Assembly: GCA_964643215.1 (NCBI GenBank)
Contig: CAZXSI010000001.1
Coordinates: 23,029 to 87,028 of the forward strand
Source of the DNA: an uncultured Klebsiella sp.
Lineage (GTDB): Bacteria > Verrucomicrobiota > Verrucomicrobiia > Opitutales > UBA953
Direction of reading: 5' to 3'
DNA length: 64,000 nucleotides
Shown here: positions 37,525 through 49,000 of the stretch, piece by piece
How positions within the stretch are numbered: position 1 is the first letter of the stretch
Layout of the letters: the number at the start of each line of letters is the position of its first letter
Notes under the pieces: model-generated
Seen by the model: the letters and a program-made list of their open reading frames with translations, nothing else
What the model was told of the DNA's origin: nothing
The model's database searches: none
Position numbers and translations under genes: made by a program

Positions 37525-37667
37525 TTTCTAAGAGGCAGGTGGCGTTTCCGCCGTTTGGTCATTGCTGACCTGCATTAGGCTTTGGATTTCCTTGCGGAAT
37601 CTTGGTCCTGATAGCGGGGCTCTGACGGCCTGCGTTGGGTTGGAGGTTAAGGTGGAGGGTTGAGGAG
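37525..37667 (-). other. Unusually long (143-nt), lower-GC, hairpin-rich spacer between rpsJ and rplC
   Basis: The minus-strand RNA contains GCAGGU...ACCUGC enclosing GGCG-GAAA-CGCC (about 37535-37573). It also contains GAUUCC-GCAA-GGAAAUC (about 37585-37601). No ORF is present. Confidence 0.3.
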
Positions 37668-37976
37668 TTAGACTACGATGTTGATGTCAACCCCAGAAGG
37701 CAGGTTGAGCTTCTTCAGCTCGTCCACGGTCTGGGCGTTGGGCTCCATGATCTCGATCAGGCGCTTGTGCGTGCGGATCTCGAACTGGTCCATGGACTTC
37801 TTGTCCACGTGGGGCGAACGGTTGACGGTAAGGCGGGAGATGTCGGTCGGGAGCGGCACGGGGCCGGCGACGCGGGCGCCGGTGCGTTTGGCGGTGTCGA
37901 CGATCTCATTGGCGGACTGGTCGACCATGCGGTAGTCGAAGCCCTTGAGCTTGATGCGGATTTTGGTGCGGGCCAT
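37668..37976 (-). CDS. rpsJ: 30S ribosomal protein S10
   Basis: [44 protein letters not shown]... Confidence 0.95.
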   Translation of the reverse strand: MARTKIRIKLKGFDYRMVDQSANEIVDTAKRTGARVAGPVPLPTDISRLTVNRSPHVDKKSMDQFEIRTHKRLIEIMEPNAQTVDELKKLNLPSGVDINIVV

Positions 37977-38000
37977 CGGGAAGGGAGTGCGGGGGTGAGA

Positions 38001-40166
38001 TTAGGTGCGGGCCGGGGCGCGCGAGGAGGTCTCGACGACCTGCTTGAGGATCTGCGCGGGGACCTGCTCGTAGTTGGCGGGCTCCATGGAGTACGAGGCG
38101 CGGCCCTTGGACAGGGAGCGGACGTCGGTGGAGTAGCCGAACATTTCGGCGAGGGGCACGCGGGCCTCGATGTTGCAGAGGCCGGCCTTGGTATCCATGC
38201 CCTGGATCTGGCCGCGACGGCGGTTGAGGTCGCCCATGATGTCGCCCTGGTATTCTTCCGGGGTGACGACCTCGACCTTCATGATCGGCTCGAGGAGGAT
38301 CGGCTTGGCGTCCTTCATGGCCTCCTTGAAGGCGAAGATGCCGGCCATCTTGAAGGCCATTTCGTTCGAGTCCACTTCGTGGAAGGAACCGAAGACGATG
38401 CGGGCCTTGAAGTTGATCACCGGGTAGCCGGCGACGGTGCCGTTGTTGGCGGCTTCCAGGATGCCTTCGGTGGCGGGCTTGATGAATTCCTTGGGGATCA
38501 CGCCGCCGACGATCTCGTTGACGACTTCCTCGCCCTTCTCGCCGGCCACGCGGGTGGCGGGCGGGTTGGGTTCGAGCTTGATCTCGACGTGGCCGTACTG
38601 GCCGCGGCCACCGGACTGGCGGATGAACTTGCCCACGCCTTCCGACGGGGTGTTGATCGTCTCGCGATAGGAGATCTGGGGCTTGCCGGACTTGGCCTCG
38701 ACCTTGAACTCGCGCTTGAGGCGGTCGACGATGATCTCGAGGTGCAGCTCACCCATGCCGGAGATGAGGGTCTGGCCCGTCTCCGGGTTGGAAGTGACGC
38801 GGAAGGTCGGGTCTTCCTGGGCGAGACGCTGCAGGCCGATGGAGAGGCGTTCCTGGTCGCCCTTGGAGTTGGGCTCGATGGACATCGAGATGACCGGCTC
38901 GGCGAAGGTGGTCTTCTCGAGGATCAGGTCTTCTTCGGCGGTGAGGGTGTCGCCCGTGGCGATGTCCTTCGGGCCGATGATCGCGCAGATGTCACCGGAG
39001 TAGGCGACGTCGATTTCTTCGCGGTCCATCGCGCGGAGCAGGACGATGCGCGAGATGCGCTCGTTCTTGCGGGTGCGCGGATTGTAGAGGGCTTCGCCCT
39101 TCTTGAGCTGGCCGCGGTACACGCGGTAGAAGACGAGCTGGCCGACGTGCGGGTCGGACCAGAGCTTGAAGCAGAGGCCGGTGACCTTGGCCTTGTCGTC
39201 CGGACCGATGGTGATCTCCTTCTCGCCGTCGTCGACGTGGGCCTTCTGGGGGCGCATGTCGATCGGGGAGGGGAGGAAGTCGACGACGCAGTCGAGGAGC
39301 ATCTGCACGCCCTTGTTCTTGAAGGCGGAACCGGGGATGACGCCGATGAAGTTGAGCGAGAGGGTGGCCTTGCGGATGCCGGTGCGCATCTCGTCGATGG
39401 TGACTTCCTGGCCGTCGAGGTACTTGGCGGCGAGGACGTCGTCGAAGTCGGCGAGGCCTTCGATGAGCTTCGTGCGCCATTCCTTGGCTTCTTCCTTCTG
39501 GTTCTCCGGGATGTCGACCGTGTGGTACTTCATGCCCTTCGGGTCGGTCTCGTCGTAGACGTAGGCGACGTTCTTGATCAGGTCGATCATGCCCTTGAAG
39601 TCCTCGCCCTGGCCGATCGGGATGAAGAGCGGGTGGGCGTTGCCCTTGAGCTTGGTGCGGATGTCGTCGACGGCTCCGAAGTAGTCGGCGCCGGTGCGGT
39701 CCATCTTGTTGACGAAGGCGACGCGCGGGACGCCGTACTTGTTCATCTGGCGCCAGACGGTCTCGGACTGGGGCTGCACGCCGGCGACGGCGCAGAAGAC
39801 GGCGACGGCGCCGTCCAGGACGCGGAGCGAGCGCTCCACCTCGGCCGTGAAGTCCACGTGGCCCGGGGTGTCGATGATGTTGATGCGATGGTCGATGTTC
39901 GCGAAATGGCCTTCCTTGGTCTTCCAGCCGGCGGAGATGGCGGCCGCGGTGATCGTGATGCCGCGCTCGCGCTCCTGCTCCATCCAGTCGGTGGTGGCGG
40001 TGCCGTCATGGACTTCGCCCATCTTGTGCACCACGCCGGTGTAGAAGAGGATGCGCTCCGTCGTGGTCGTCTTGCCGGCGTCGATGTGCGCGGCGATGCC
40101 GATGTTGCGCGTGTGTTCCAGGGGGAACGCGCGGGACGGGGAGTTGAGGTCGGAAAGTTTGGCCAT
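38001..40166 (-). CDS. fusA: Elongation factor G
   Basis: 721 aa. The pattern is ...[21 protein letters not shown]...[13 protein letters not shown]...[10 protein letters not shown]...NKMD. Confidence 0.95.
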   Translation of the reverse strand: MAKLSDLNSPSRAFPLEHTRNIGIAAHIDAGKTTTTERILFYTGVVHKMGEVHDGTATTDWMEQERERGITITAAAISAGWKTKEGHFANIDHRINIIDTPGHVDFTAEVERSLRVLDGAVAVFCAVAGVQPQSETVWRQMNKYGVPRVAFVNKMDRTGADYFGAVDDIRTKLKGNAHPLFIPIGQGEDFKGMIDLIKNVAYVYDETDPKGMKYHTVDIPENQKEEAKEWRTKLIEGLADFDDVLAAKYLDGQEVTIDEMRTGIRKATLSLNFIGVIPGSAFKNKGVQMLLDCVVDFLPSPIDMRPQKAHVDDGEKEITIGPDDKAKVTGLCFKLWSDPHVGQLVFYRVYRGQLKKGEALYNPRTRKNERISRIVLLRAMDREEIDVAYSGDICAIIGPKDIATGDTLTAEEDLILEKTTFAEPVISMSIEPNSKGDQERLSIGLQRLAQEDPTFRVTSNPETGQTLISGMGELHLEIIVDRLKREFKVEAKSGKPQISYRETINTPSEGVGKFIRQSGGRGQYGHVEIKLEPNPPATRVAGEKGEEVVNEIVGGVIPKEFIKPATEGILEAANNGTVAGYPVINFKARIVFGSFHEVDSNEMAFKMAGIFAFKEAMKDAKPILLEPIMKVEVVTPEEYQGDIMGDLNRRRGQIQGMDTKAGLCNIEARVPLAEMFGYSTDVRSLSKGRASYSMEPANYEQVPAQILKQVVETSSRAPART

Positions 40167-40204
40167 GGTCGGAACCGTTCGGGTCTGCTGAAATTACCTG
40201 CGGA

Positions 40205-40678
40205 TTACCACTTGAGGTGGGCGAAGGCACGGTTGGCCTGGGCCATCTTGTGCGTCTCTTCGCGCTTCTTCACCACGTTGCCGGTGTTGTTGTAGGCGTC
40301 GACGAGCTCGGCGGCGAGGGCTTCGGACATCGTGGTGCCCTTGCGGCCGGCGGCGGCGGCGGCGACCCAGCGCAGCGCGATGCTGTTCTGGCGCTCGGGG
40401 GAGACTTCGACCGGGACCTGGTAGGTGGCGCCACCGACGCGGCGGCTCTTCACTTCGAGCTTCGGGCGGCAGTTCTCGAGGGCGCCGAGCATGAGCTCGA
40501 CGGGATTGCCCTTCATCAGCTTCTCGCTGACCTTCTCGATCGCGCCGTAGACGATGCCCTGGGCGATGGACTTCTTGCCGGACTTCATCACGACGTTGAT
40601 GAGCTGGCTGATGAGGGGGGAGCCGTAACGGGCGTCCGGGAGGTGGGCGCGCTTGGCTGCTTTGCGACGACGAGACAT
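40205..40678 (-). CDS. rpsG: 30S ribosomal protein S7
   Basis: MSRRRKAAKRAHLPDARYGSPLISQLINVVMKSGKKSIAQGIVYGA... Confidence 0.95.
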   Translation of the reverse strand: MSRRRKAAKRAHLPDARYGSPLISQLINVVMKSGKKSIAQGIVYGAIEKVSEKLMKGNPVELMLGALENCRPKLEVKSRRVGGATYQVPVEVSPERQNSIALRWVAAAAAGRKGTTMSEALAAELVDAYNNTGNVVKKREETHKMAQANRAFAHLKW

Positions 40679-40707
40679 GGTCTAAGGGAGTTGGGTGCGG
40701 AAACGGA

Positions 40708-41091
40708 TTAGGCCTTCTTTTCCTTCGGACGCTTGACGCCGTACTTGGAACGGGAGCGACGACGCTTCTCGACGCCGGAGCAGTCGAGGGGCCCGCGGAC
40801 GATGTGGTAGCGCACGCCCGGGAGATCCTTGACGCGGCCGCCGCGGACGAGGACCACGGAGTGCTCCTGGAGCTTGTGGCCTTCGTCGGGGATGTAGGAG
40901 ATGACTTCCTGGCCGTTCGTCAGGCGCACCTTGGCGACCTTGCGCTGGGCCGAGTTCGGCTTCTTCGGCGTACGGATCATGACCTGCACGCAGACGCCGC
41001 GGCGGAAGGGCGAGTTGTTCAAGGCAGGCGACTTCGACTTGGCCTTGGGTTGGACACGCGGTTTACGGACGAGCTGGTTGATGGTAGGCAT
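40708..41091 (-). CDS. rpsL: 30S ribosomal protein S12
   Basis: The internal ATG at 41091 gives [13 protein letters not shown]...[19 protein letters not shown]...[17 protein letters not shown]. Confidence 0.95.
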   Translation of the reverse strand: MPTINQLVRKPRVQPKAKSKSPALNNSPFRRGVCVQVMIRTPKKPNSAQRKVAKVRLTNGQEVISYIPDEGHKLQEHSVVLVRGGRVKDLPGVRYHIVRGPLDCSGVEKRRRSRSKYGVKRPKEKKA

Positions 41092-41263
41092 GGACCTCGG
41101 TAAATAGGGAAAAGAGGGTTTGGGCATAGGGGTGCGAGCCCCTCATGCAAGAGGAAAGTGCGTGGATTTTAAGGTTTCTTTACTACCCTGCCCAGCCCGG
41201 ACCCCCTCCGGCTTTTTTGGCGGGACAATTCCGACGCCCACGCCATTACTCAAAACCCCTCCC

Positions 41264-43045
41264 ATGCCGTCGACCCGCCTGACTCTCGCCCTTCTCCTTG
41301 GGATGACCACCCTGTCCAGCCCGGCGCAGACCACACCCCCCTCCCCCGCCGCCCCCAAAGCCCCCGCGCCCGCCAGCAAGGAGGCAGAAGAGGACGCCGA
41401 AATCATCGTTTTGGCCGGCCTACCCCACCTCAAGGACAAGGAGGCGGTCCTCAGCTACGCCCGCCAGACCTATATCAAGGCCGACCTGATCAAAGATAAG
41501 GCGCTGCTGCAGATCATCCGCCTGACCTTGGCCAAACTCGAGGATCAGCCCGAAAAATCAGCCCAAATCCGCCAGGAACACATGAATCACCTGGCCGAAT
41601 ACTTCACCAAGCAGGCCATGGCCGCCCAAGATGTCGGCAAAATGGACGACTCCCTCCGCCTCGCCCAGGTCGCCATCCGTTGCAATCCGGGCAACGCTAA
41701 GGCTAAGTTGTTCTATGCCAATTTCTTACATAATGTAGCCGGCCGGACCGACGACGGCATCCAGACCCTCAAGCACGGCCTGGAGTTCCTCCCGGTCGAC
41801 GACCCTCTGACCAAGGACTACCTCGAGCGTTATTTCCAACTGCTGCAGGCCCGCGAGCGCGACCAAGAGGTCATCGACGAAAGCCTGAAACTGCTCCAAA
41901 GCGCCAAGAACATGCCGACCTACATGCGGGATTCCCTCTCCCTGTCGGCCGCCACCTCGCTCTACTGGATCGGCAAGTACCCCGACGCGGTCAATATCAT
42001 CAACGCCAGCAGCCTCGACACGCAGCCCAACGGCCTGCTCCTCAAGGCCCGCGCCCTCTTCGAAGGCGGCAAGACCCAGGAGTCCATCAACCTCCTCGAG
42101 GCCAAGACCTCCGCGTTCAAGGGCGCCGGTCGCGACGCGGTCCTTTCCCAGCTCGCCCGGTTCCATATCCTCCTCGGCCAGCATAAGATGGCGCTCGCGG
42201 TCACCCAGGAACGCATCGCCGCCGACGAGAAGGCGCCCTTCCCCCATATCCAGAAACTCCAGCTGCTCGACCGCCTCGGCCTGAAGGACGAGTTCGACAA
42301 GGAACTGCGCCTGATCTTCGGGAACTACGCCGGCAACTCGGCCCCGATGATCGCGCTCGCCAACTTCGCCGCCGAGAAAGGCTACGCCGAACTCACCGGC
42401 GCCCTCGCCAACTCCGCCGCGCAGCAAGGCCTCGAACGCGCGACCTTCGCCGCCCTCCACCTCGAGGCGATCCTCAACGGCCCCGACCCGGGCCAGGTCA
42501 TCGTGCAGTACCAGCAGATCGTCGCCGCCGACAAGGCCTTCTTCAAGTCCAACGAGGCGATCGTGCAGGCGCTCATCGCCATCGCCTACCACGCCCGCCA
42601 GAAACCCGACGCGGTGATCGCGAAACGCGACCGCGACATCGGCGACCGCTACCTGACCGAGTTCCTCAAGGCCAAGGACCTCGGCCCCGAAGCCTACCGC
42701 TCCGTCGGCCGCCACCTCCGCGCCATCCGCGCCGGCGACGCCGCGGTGCGCGTCCTCGAAGCCGGCGTCACGCGCTTCCCCCGCTATTCGCAGCTGCGCG
42801 CGGATTACATCTCCGCCCGCATCCTCGCCGGCCAGACGGAGACCTATGGCACGCGCAAATCCGTCGCCGACGAACTCGAGCTGCTGCTGGCCATGCGCCG
42901 CCCTTCCCCCGCCATCTGGCAGGAGGCCGTCTCGTGGTTGCGCTCCGAGTCGAAGCTCCCGGCCGAGCGCCAGCGCAAGCTCGAGGCCGCGATGGCCCCG
43001 CTGATCCGGAGCAACCTCGACCCCGAGGCGCTCGCCGGCCGCTGA
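41264..43045 (+). CDS. Secreted all-helical repeat (TPR-like) protein, function unknown
   Basis: The internal ATG at 41264 gives a signal peptide, MPSTRLTLALLLGMTTLSSPAQT, then a P/A-rich linker, then about 530 aa of helical-repeat-like sequence. The TPR call is by pattern only. Confidence 0.55.
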   Translation: MPSTRLTLALLLGMTTLSSPAQTTPPSPAAPKAPAPASKEAEEDAEIIVLAGLPHLKDKEAVLSYARQTYIKADLIKDKALLQIIRLTLAKLEDQPEKSAQIRQEHMNHLAEYFTKQAMAAQDVGKMDDSLRLAQVAIRCNPGNAKAKLFYANFLHNVAGRTDDGIQTLKHGLEFLPVDDPLTKDYLERYFQLLQARERDQEVIDESLKLLQSAKNMPTYMRDSLSLSAATSLYWIGKYPDAVNIINASSLDTQPNGLLLKARALFEGGKTQESINLLEAKTSAFKGAGRDAVLSQLARFHILLGQHKMALAVTQERIAADEKAPFPHIQKLQLLDRLGLKDEFDKELRLIFGNYAGNSAPMIALANFAAEKGYAELTGALANSAAQQGLERATFAALHLEAILNGPDPGQVIVQYQQIVAADKAFFKSNEAIVQALIAIAYHARQKPDAVIAKRDRDIGDRYLTEFLKAKDLGPEAYRSVGRHLRAIRAGDAAVRVLEAGVTRFPRYSQLRADYISARILAGQTETYGTRKSVADELELLLAMRRPSPAIWQEAVSWLRSESKLPAERQRKLEAAMAPLIRSNLDPEALAGR

Positions 43046-43048
43046 CCG

Positions 43049-43465
43049 ATGACGCTCTCCCGCCGCCGCGCCGAACTCATCGCCGAGCTCGAGCCTTTCG
43101 CCGACCACCACGAACGCTTCCAGTACGTGATCGACCGGGCGAAATCCGCGCCCGCCTTGCCGGCCGAACTCAAGCTCGACGCCTTCCTCATCGAAGGCTG
43201 CACCTCCAACCTCTGGCTGGTGCCCTCGCTCGAGGCCGGCGTCTGCCGCTTCCGCTGCGACGCGGATTCGCTCATCACCAAGGGCGTCGCCAGCCTGGTC
43301 TGCGAATTCTACGACGGCGCCGCCCCGCAGGAAGTCGCCGCCACGGACGCGGACTTCCTCTCCGCCGTCGGCATCACCCAGCACCTCTCCCCCAACCGCC
43401 GCAACGGGCTGACGAACCTGGTCGGCAAGATCCGCGCCTTCGGCCGGGCCGCCGCGGCCGCCTGA
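43049..43465 (+). CDS. sufE: SufE-like cysteine desulfuration protein
   Basis: 138 aa with ...ERFQYVIDRAK...FLIEGCTSNLWL...SLITKG...ITQHLSPNRRNGL. The active-site Cys context is that of the SufE/CsdE family. Confidence 0.8.
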   Translation: MTLSRRRAELIAELEPFADHHERFQYVIDRAKSAPALPAELKLDAFLIEGCTSNLWLVPSLEAGVCRFRCDADSLITKGVASLVCEFYDGAAPQEVAATDADFLSAVGITQHLSPNRRNGLTNLVGKIRAFGRAAAAA

Positions 43466-43547
43466 TGAGCCCCATCGCCGCGGCTTAACTCCGCGGTTAG
43501 GCTCGCTTGGGATTTGCGCCGCGGCCGTTGTCGCTTGAGATGAAGGC

Positions 43548-44489
43548 ATGAGCCCGCCGGAAACCGCCGCACCCGACCGACGCCTGTTCGGCCTGTGCCT
43601 GGTCACGCTCGCCTGGTCCGTGCTCGTCCTGCAGGCCGGCGGCTTCACCACCAGCATCCGCGCCGGCATGGCCTTCCTCGACTGGCCCCTCTCCAACGGC
43701 TCGGTCAACCCGCCGGGCTGGCTCACGGAGATCGACAAGTTCGCCGAACATTCCCATCGCCTCGCCGCCACCGGCCTCGGCGTCCTCGCCATCGTCCTCG
43801 CGGTCGCGCACCGCCTGCGCGAAGCGCGCCGGCCCGTCCGCCTGGCCGCCTACGCCCTCGTCGGCCTGGTGGTCTTCCAAGGGCTGCTGGGCGGCCTGCG
43901 CGTCCTCCTCGACCGGCTCAACGTCGGCGGCGACGGCAACTTCAAGGCGGCGGCCTTCGCCGTCGGCCACGCCGTCAACGCCCAGCTGACGCTCGCGCTG
44001 CTCGCGTTCATCGCGCTCGCCCACAGCGCCGCCTGGCACCAGGCCCGCCGCACGGCCCCGCGGAAGCTCTTCCGCGTCGGCGCGGTCGCCGCGACGCTCA
44101 CGCTCTCGGTCATCGTCGCCGGCGCGGTCATGCGCCAAGGCCACTTCACCCTCTGGGTCGCCTCGCCCGACGAAGCCCTGTTCGTCCCGTCGATCGGCGC
44201 GGGGACCGCCTGGTGGGTCAACCTGCTGCATCGCGGCGGGGCCCTCCTGGCCGGCGCGACGGTATGCTTCTTCGCCGTCCAGCTGGCCCGGCACGGGTTC
44301 CCGCTCCTGCGGTGGGCGACCTTGGTCGCGCTGGTCTTCCTCCAGGTGCTGCTGGGCATCCTGAGCCTGCGGCTCTACGACAATCCGCACGTCCGCACCG
44401 TCCACCTCGTCGTGGGCGCGGTGCTGTTCTCCTCCCTCTGCGCGGCGGTCATGCTGGCCCGACGCAGCTCGGAAGAGGCCGCCGCCTGA
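43548..44489 (+). CDS. ctaA: Heme A synthase (COX15/CtaA family)
   Basis: 313 aa, multi-TM. It has AGMAFLDWPLSNG and FAEHSHRLAATGLG, with conserved His in paired helices. Confidence 0.8.
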   Translation: MSPPETAAPDRRLFGLCLVTLAWSVLVLQAGGFTTSIRAGMAFLDWPLSNGSVNPPGWLTEIDKFAEHSHRLAATGLGVLAIVLAVAHRLREARRPVRLAAYALVGLVVFQGLLGGLRVLLDRLNVGGDGNFKAAAFAVGHAVNAQLTLALLAFIALAHSAAWHQARRTAPRKLFRVGAVAATLTLSVIVAGAVMRQGHFTLWVASPDEALFVPSIGAGTAWWVNLLHRGGALLAGATVCFFAVQLARHGFPLLRWATLVALVFLQVLLGILSLRLYDNPHVRTVHLVVGAVLFSSLCAAVMLARRSSEEAAA

Positions 44490-44544
44490 GCGCGGCGACG
44501 GATTTGCCTTTAACCCTGCGCGCAAACCCGCCACGACAAGACCG

Positions 44545-45453
44545 ATGAGCGAACGCGCCGGATCCGTGCCTGCCGCCTACTGGGAGCTGACCAAGCCCCG
44601 GCTGTCGTTCCTTTCCGTCCTGACCTCGCTCGCCGGTTATTTCTGCAGCGCGCCCGCCCAGCCGACCGACGCCAAGGTGCTCGTGTCCCTCGCGCTGGGG
44701 ACGGCCCTCGCCGCGGGCGGCTGCGGCGCCGTCAACATGTGGTGGGAGAGCGACGCCGACGCGAAGATGGATCGCACGCGCAACCGGCCGATCCCCGCCG
44801 GCCTCGTCCGGCCCGGCGCCGCCTTGCTCTTCGGCCTGCTGCTCCTCGCGGCGGGCGTGGGCCTCGTCTGGCTCGGCGCCAACCCGCTCGCCGGCGCCCT
44901 CACCGCCGCGACCGCCGGCTCCTACCTCTTCCTTTACACGCCCCTCAAGACGCTCACGTCCTGGTGCACGCTCGTCGGCTCGCTGCCGGGCGCAATCCCG
45001 CCGATCATCGGCACGGCCGCCAAGCTCGGCGCAGTCGACCGCATGGGCTGGCTCCTCTTCGCGCTCCTGTTCTGCTGGCAGGTGCCGCACTTCATGGCCC
45101 TCGCGGTGATGTGCCGCGAGGACTACGCCCGCGGCGGCTTCAAGGTCGCCACGGTCGACGACCCGTCCGGCCGCTCGGCCGCGATCTGGGCCATGGCCTT
45201 CATCCTGCCGATGATCTTCGTGGCCGGCGAGATCGTCCGCACCTTCTTCGACGCGGGCTGCACGTCCTCGCTGACGGGATGGGCCAGCCCTTTCCTCTGG
45301 GTGTCCTTCCTCGCCGGGGCCTGGTTCTTCAAGCTGACCCTCGAGTTCGCCCTGCCCCAGCGCCGCGCCGACGTCGCCAAGCCCCTCTTCCTCGCCTCGA
45401 TCCTCTACCTGCCCGTCGTCCTGTTGACTCTGACGCTGAACCGGATTTTCTGA
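44545..45453 (+). CDS. ctaB: Protoheme IX farnesyltransferase (heme O synthase)
   Basis: 302 aa in the UbiA fold. Motifs are YWELTKPRLSFL, NMWWESDADAKMDRTRNRP and WQVPHFMALA. Confidence 0.9.
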   Translation: MSERAGSVPAAYWELTKPRLSFLSVLTSLAGYFCSAPAQPTDAKVLVSLALGTALAAGGCGAVNMWWESDADAKMDRTRNRPIPAGLVRPGAALLFGLLLLAAGVGLVWLGANPLAGALTAATAGSYLFLYTPLKTLTSWCTLVGSLPGAIPPIIGTAAKLGAVDRMGWLLFALLFCWQVPHFMALAVMCREDYARGGFKVATVDDPSGRSAAIWAMAFILPMIFVAGEIVRTFFDAGCTSSLTGWASPFLWVSFLAGAWFFKLTLEFALPQRRADVAKPLFLASILYLPVVLLTLTLNRIF

Positions 45454-45457
45454 GGCC

Positions 45458-46039
45458 ATGGATGCGCGCGCCGACAAGGACCGCCTGCGCGCGGAACTCA
45501 AGGCCCGCCGCACGGCCCTGACGCCCCGCGAACTGCAGGTCGCCGGCGATGCGGCCGCCCGCCTGGTCACGCAGCTCCCGGAATGGAAGCAGGCGAAGAC
45601 GGTCTGCCTCTACGCCTCCTTCGGCGGCGAACTGCCCACCGACGCGCTGATGCTCCTCGCCCTCCTCGAAGGCAAGCGCCTCCTGCTCCCGCGCGTGACG
45701 AACAAGACGACGCTCGTGCTCCACGAGGTCACGGACCTCGCCGCGCTCCAACCCTCCCGCCTCGGCATCCGCGAACCGAAGCCGACCGCCCCGGTCGCGA
45801 CGCTGGCCGAAGCCGGCCTCGTGCTCGTCCCCGGCCTGGGCTTCGACGGCGCCGGCCGACGTCTCGGGTTCGGCGGCGGTTTCTACGACCGCCTGCTGGC
45901 CAAACCGCCCCGCAAGACCTTCCTCCTCGGCCACGCCCACGCGTTCCAGCTGCTGTCGCGCCTGCCCGACGAGCCGCATGATATTAAAGTCAAGGCCGTG
46001 GCGACCCCGCAGGGCGTGATTCGCTGCCGGGCGCGTTAG
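45458..46039 (+). CDS. 5-formyltetrahydrofolate cyclo-ligase
   Basis: 193 aa with ...LRAELKARR...VCLYASFGGELPT...LVLVPGLGFDGAGRRLGFGGGFYDRLL. Confidence 0.85.
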   Translation: MDARADKDRLRAELKARRTALTPRELQVAGDAAARLVTQLPEWKQAKTVCLYASFGGELPTDALMLLALLEGKRLLLPRVTNKTTLVLHEVTDLAALQPSRLGIREPKPTAPVATLAEAGLVLVPGLGFDGAGRRLGFGGGFYDRLLAKPPRKTFLLGHAHAFQLLSRLPDEPHDIKVKAVATPQGVIRCRAR

Positions 46040-46070
46040 CAGGTTTGCCAAGCGGACCGAATCGTGTCCG

Positions 46071-49000
46071 ATGGAGGGTCCGATGCCCGCCCCCCGACCA
46101 GACGCCATCCGCCTCCGCGGCGTCCGCCAGAACAACCTGAAGGGCTTCGACGTGGACATCCCGGTCGGCAAGCTGGTCGTGGTCACGGGCCTCAGCGGCG
46201 CGGGGAAATCCTCCTTGGTCTTCGACACGCTCCACGCCGAAGGGCAGCGTCGCTATGTCGAGACGTTCAGCCCCTACGTCCGCCAGTTCCTCGAGCTGCT
46301 CCCTTCGCCGGCCCTCGACTCCGCGGAGAACGTCCGTCCGTCCGTCGCGATCAAGCAAGGCAACGCCGTCCGCACCTCCCGCTCGACGGTGGGCACGATG
46401 ACCGAGCTGTGCGACTGGTTCAAGGTCTGGTTCGCCCACCGCGCCGACCTCGTCGACCCGGCCAGCGGCCAGGTCATCGTCCCGCGCGGGCCCGACGCCG
46501 CCTGGCAGGATTCGCTCGCCCGCTTCCCGGGGCAGTCCCTCTCGCTCGCGTTCGCGGTCTCCAAGCCGGAGACGCTCGGATGGAAGACGATCGCGGAGGA
46601 GTTCTCGAAGGCGGGCTTCAGCCGCGCGTTCGCCGCGGGCAAGCGCGTCCGCCTGACGGAAGACGAGATCCCGGCCGACGCGACCGAACTGCTCGTCATC
46701 CAGGACCGCGTGACGATCGCGCCCGACCAGGCCTCGCGCTTCCATGAGGCGGCGCTCGCGGCCTTCCGCCTCGGCGGCGCCCGCCTCCGCCTGCTCGACG
46801 ACCAAGGCCACGAGCTCTCCCGCTACAGCGAAGCGCTCGAGTCCCCGGTCGACGGACGCAAGTTCCGCCCGGCTTCGCCCGCGCTCTTCTCCTTCAACTC
46901 GCCCGTGGGCGCCTGCCCGGAATGCCGCGGCTTCGGCCGCGTCATCGGGCTCGACTGGCACAAGATCATCCCGAACCCGGCCCTGACGCTCGCCGAAGGC
47001 GCGATCGCGCCGTTCCAAGGCACCGTCTACGGCGAATCGCAGAAGGACCTGGTGCGCGCCTGCCGCAAGGCCGGCATCCCGCTCGACGTGCCGTGGAAGA
47101 AGCTGTCCGCGGCGCACCGCAAGTTCGTCGAGCACGGCGAGCCGGGCTACGTGCCGGGCGAATACGATTCGAAATGGTACGGCGTCCGCGGGTTCTTCCG
47201 CTGGCTGGAAGGCACGACCTACAAGATGCACGTGCGCGTGTTCCTGTCCCGCTGGCGCGCCTACGAGTCCTGCCCGAAATGCCAGGGACGCCGCTTCCGC
47301 GAGGAATCGCTCTTCTGGCGCTGGCAGGGCAGATCCCTCCCGGAGCTCTACGCTTCGCCCGTCTCGGACCTGCGCACGCTGCTCGCGCCGCTGGCCCCGA
47401 AGGACTCCCGCCATCCGGCCGATCACGCGCTCGAGGCCATCCTCGCCCGCCTGGGTTACCTCGAGGCGGTCGGCCTCGGCTACCTCGCGCTCGATCGTCT
47501 CTCGCGCACGCTCTCGGGCGGCGAAGTCCAGCGCGTCAACCTGACCTCCTGCCTGGGCGCCTGCCTCGCCGACACGGTCTTCGTCCTCGACGAACCGAGC
47601 GTGGGCATGCACGCCCGCGACCTCTCGCGCATGGTGGGCATCCTGCGCAGCCTCGTCGAACAGGGGAACACGGTGGTGGTCGTCGAGCACGACGAGTCCG
47701 TCATGCGCGCGGCCGACTGGCTGATCGAGATCGGCCCGCGCCCCGGCGCCGAAGGCGGCCACCTGCTCTACCAGGGCGTCCCGAAGGGCATCCTGAAGGT
47801 CAAGGACTCCGCCACGGGCAACTGGCTCTCCGGACGTCGCGTCCCGGAGCCGCGCGCCGCGCGTCCGGTCGGCGACACGACCCCGCGGCTCCGCGTGAGC
47901 GGCGCGACGGTCAACAACCTCCGTGACTTCTCCTGCTCGCTCCCGCTCGGCCGCCTGGTCGGACTCTGCGGCGTCTCGGGCTCCGGCAAATCGACGCTGC
48001 TCCATCAGGTCATCGGCCGCCGCGACCCGGAATCGGGCGACGAAGCGACGGAACTGAAGTGGGTGAAGTTCGACAAGGAACCGGCCGAGGTCGCGCTCGT
48101 CGACCAATCCCCGGCGACCCGCACGCCTCGCTCCAACCCGGCGCTCTACGTAGGCGCCTGGGACGCGATCCGCACGCTGCTCGGCAACTCGGCCGAAGCG
48201 AAGGCCGCCGGCCTCACGCCCTCGCACTTCTCCTTCAACGCCGGCGAAGGCCGCTGCGAACGCTGCGGCGGCGCGGGCTGGGAGACGGTCGAGATGCAGT
48301 TCGTCTCCGACGTCGCCCTCCCCTGCCCTTCGTGCAACGGCAAGCGCTTCCGCGACGAGGTGCTGAGCTTCCGATACGACGGCAAGTCCGTCGGCGACCT
48401 GCTGGCGATGTCGGTGACCGAGGCCCGCCAGTTCCTCGGCGAACGCACGCCGGCCTCCGCCCAGCTCGCCTGCCTCGAGGAGGTCGGCCTCGGCTACCTC
48501 TCGATGGGCCAGCCGCTCACGACGCTCTCCGGCGGCGAAGCCCAGCGCCTCAAGCTGGTCCGCTACCTTTCGAAGATCGATACGCGCAAGTCCGGCGCCC
48601 TCCTGCTGCTCGACGAGCCGACGACGGGCCTGCACCGCGAAGACGTGTCACGCCTGATCGGGCTGCTGCATCGCCTCACGGAGGCGGGCCACTCGCTGAT
48701 CGTGGTGGAACATCACCTGGACGTGCTCAAGTCCTGCGACTGGCTACTCGAGATGGGCCCCGAAGCCGGCCCGGCCGGTGGCAAGCTCGTCGCCGAAGGC
48801 ACGCCGGCCGAGGTCGCCCAGGCCGGCACGGTCACGGGCCGCTTCCTCGCCCAAGGCGACGACGCGTTCGCGTCCGCCTCGACGAAGCCCGCCAAGCCGC
48901 GACCGACCGCCATCTCGCTGCGCGGCGCGCGCGAACACAACCTGAAGGACGTCTCGCTCGAGATCCCGCACGGCTCGCTCACGGTGATGACCGGCGTCTC

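Noticed and set aside
41195-41245. A terminator-like element CCGGA-CCCCC-TCCGG-CTTTTTT in the rpsL / TPR-gene divergent spacer.
   Set aside because: The stem is only 5 bp and no plus-strand gene lies upstream to be terminated. It is probably part of the promoter or leader region.
41440-41760. A patch of slightly lower GC inside the TPR-like gene, considered as a sign of horizontal transfer.
   Set aside because: The dip is modest, is confined to one part of a single ORF, and has no flanking repeats, integrase or tRNA. It is more likely a consequence of amino-acid composition (K/I/L/D-rich helices).
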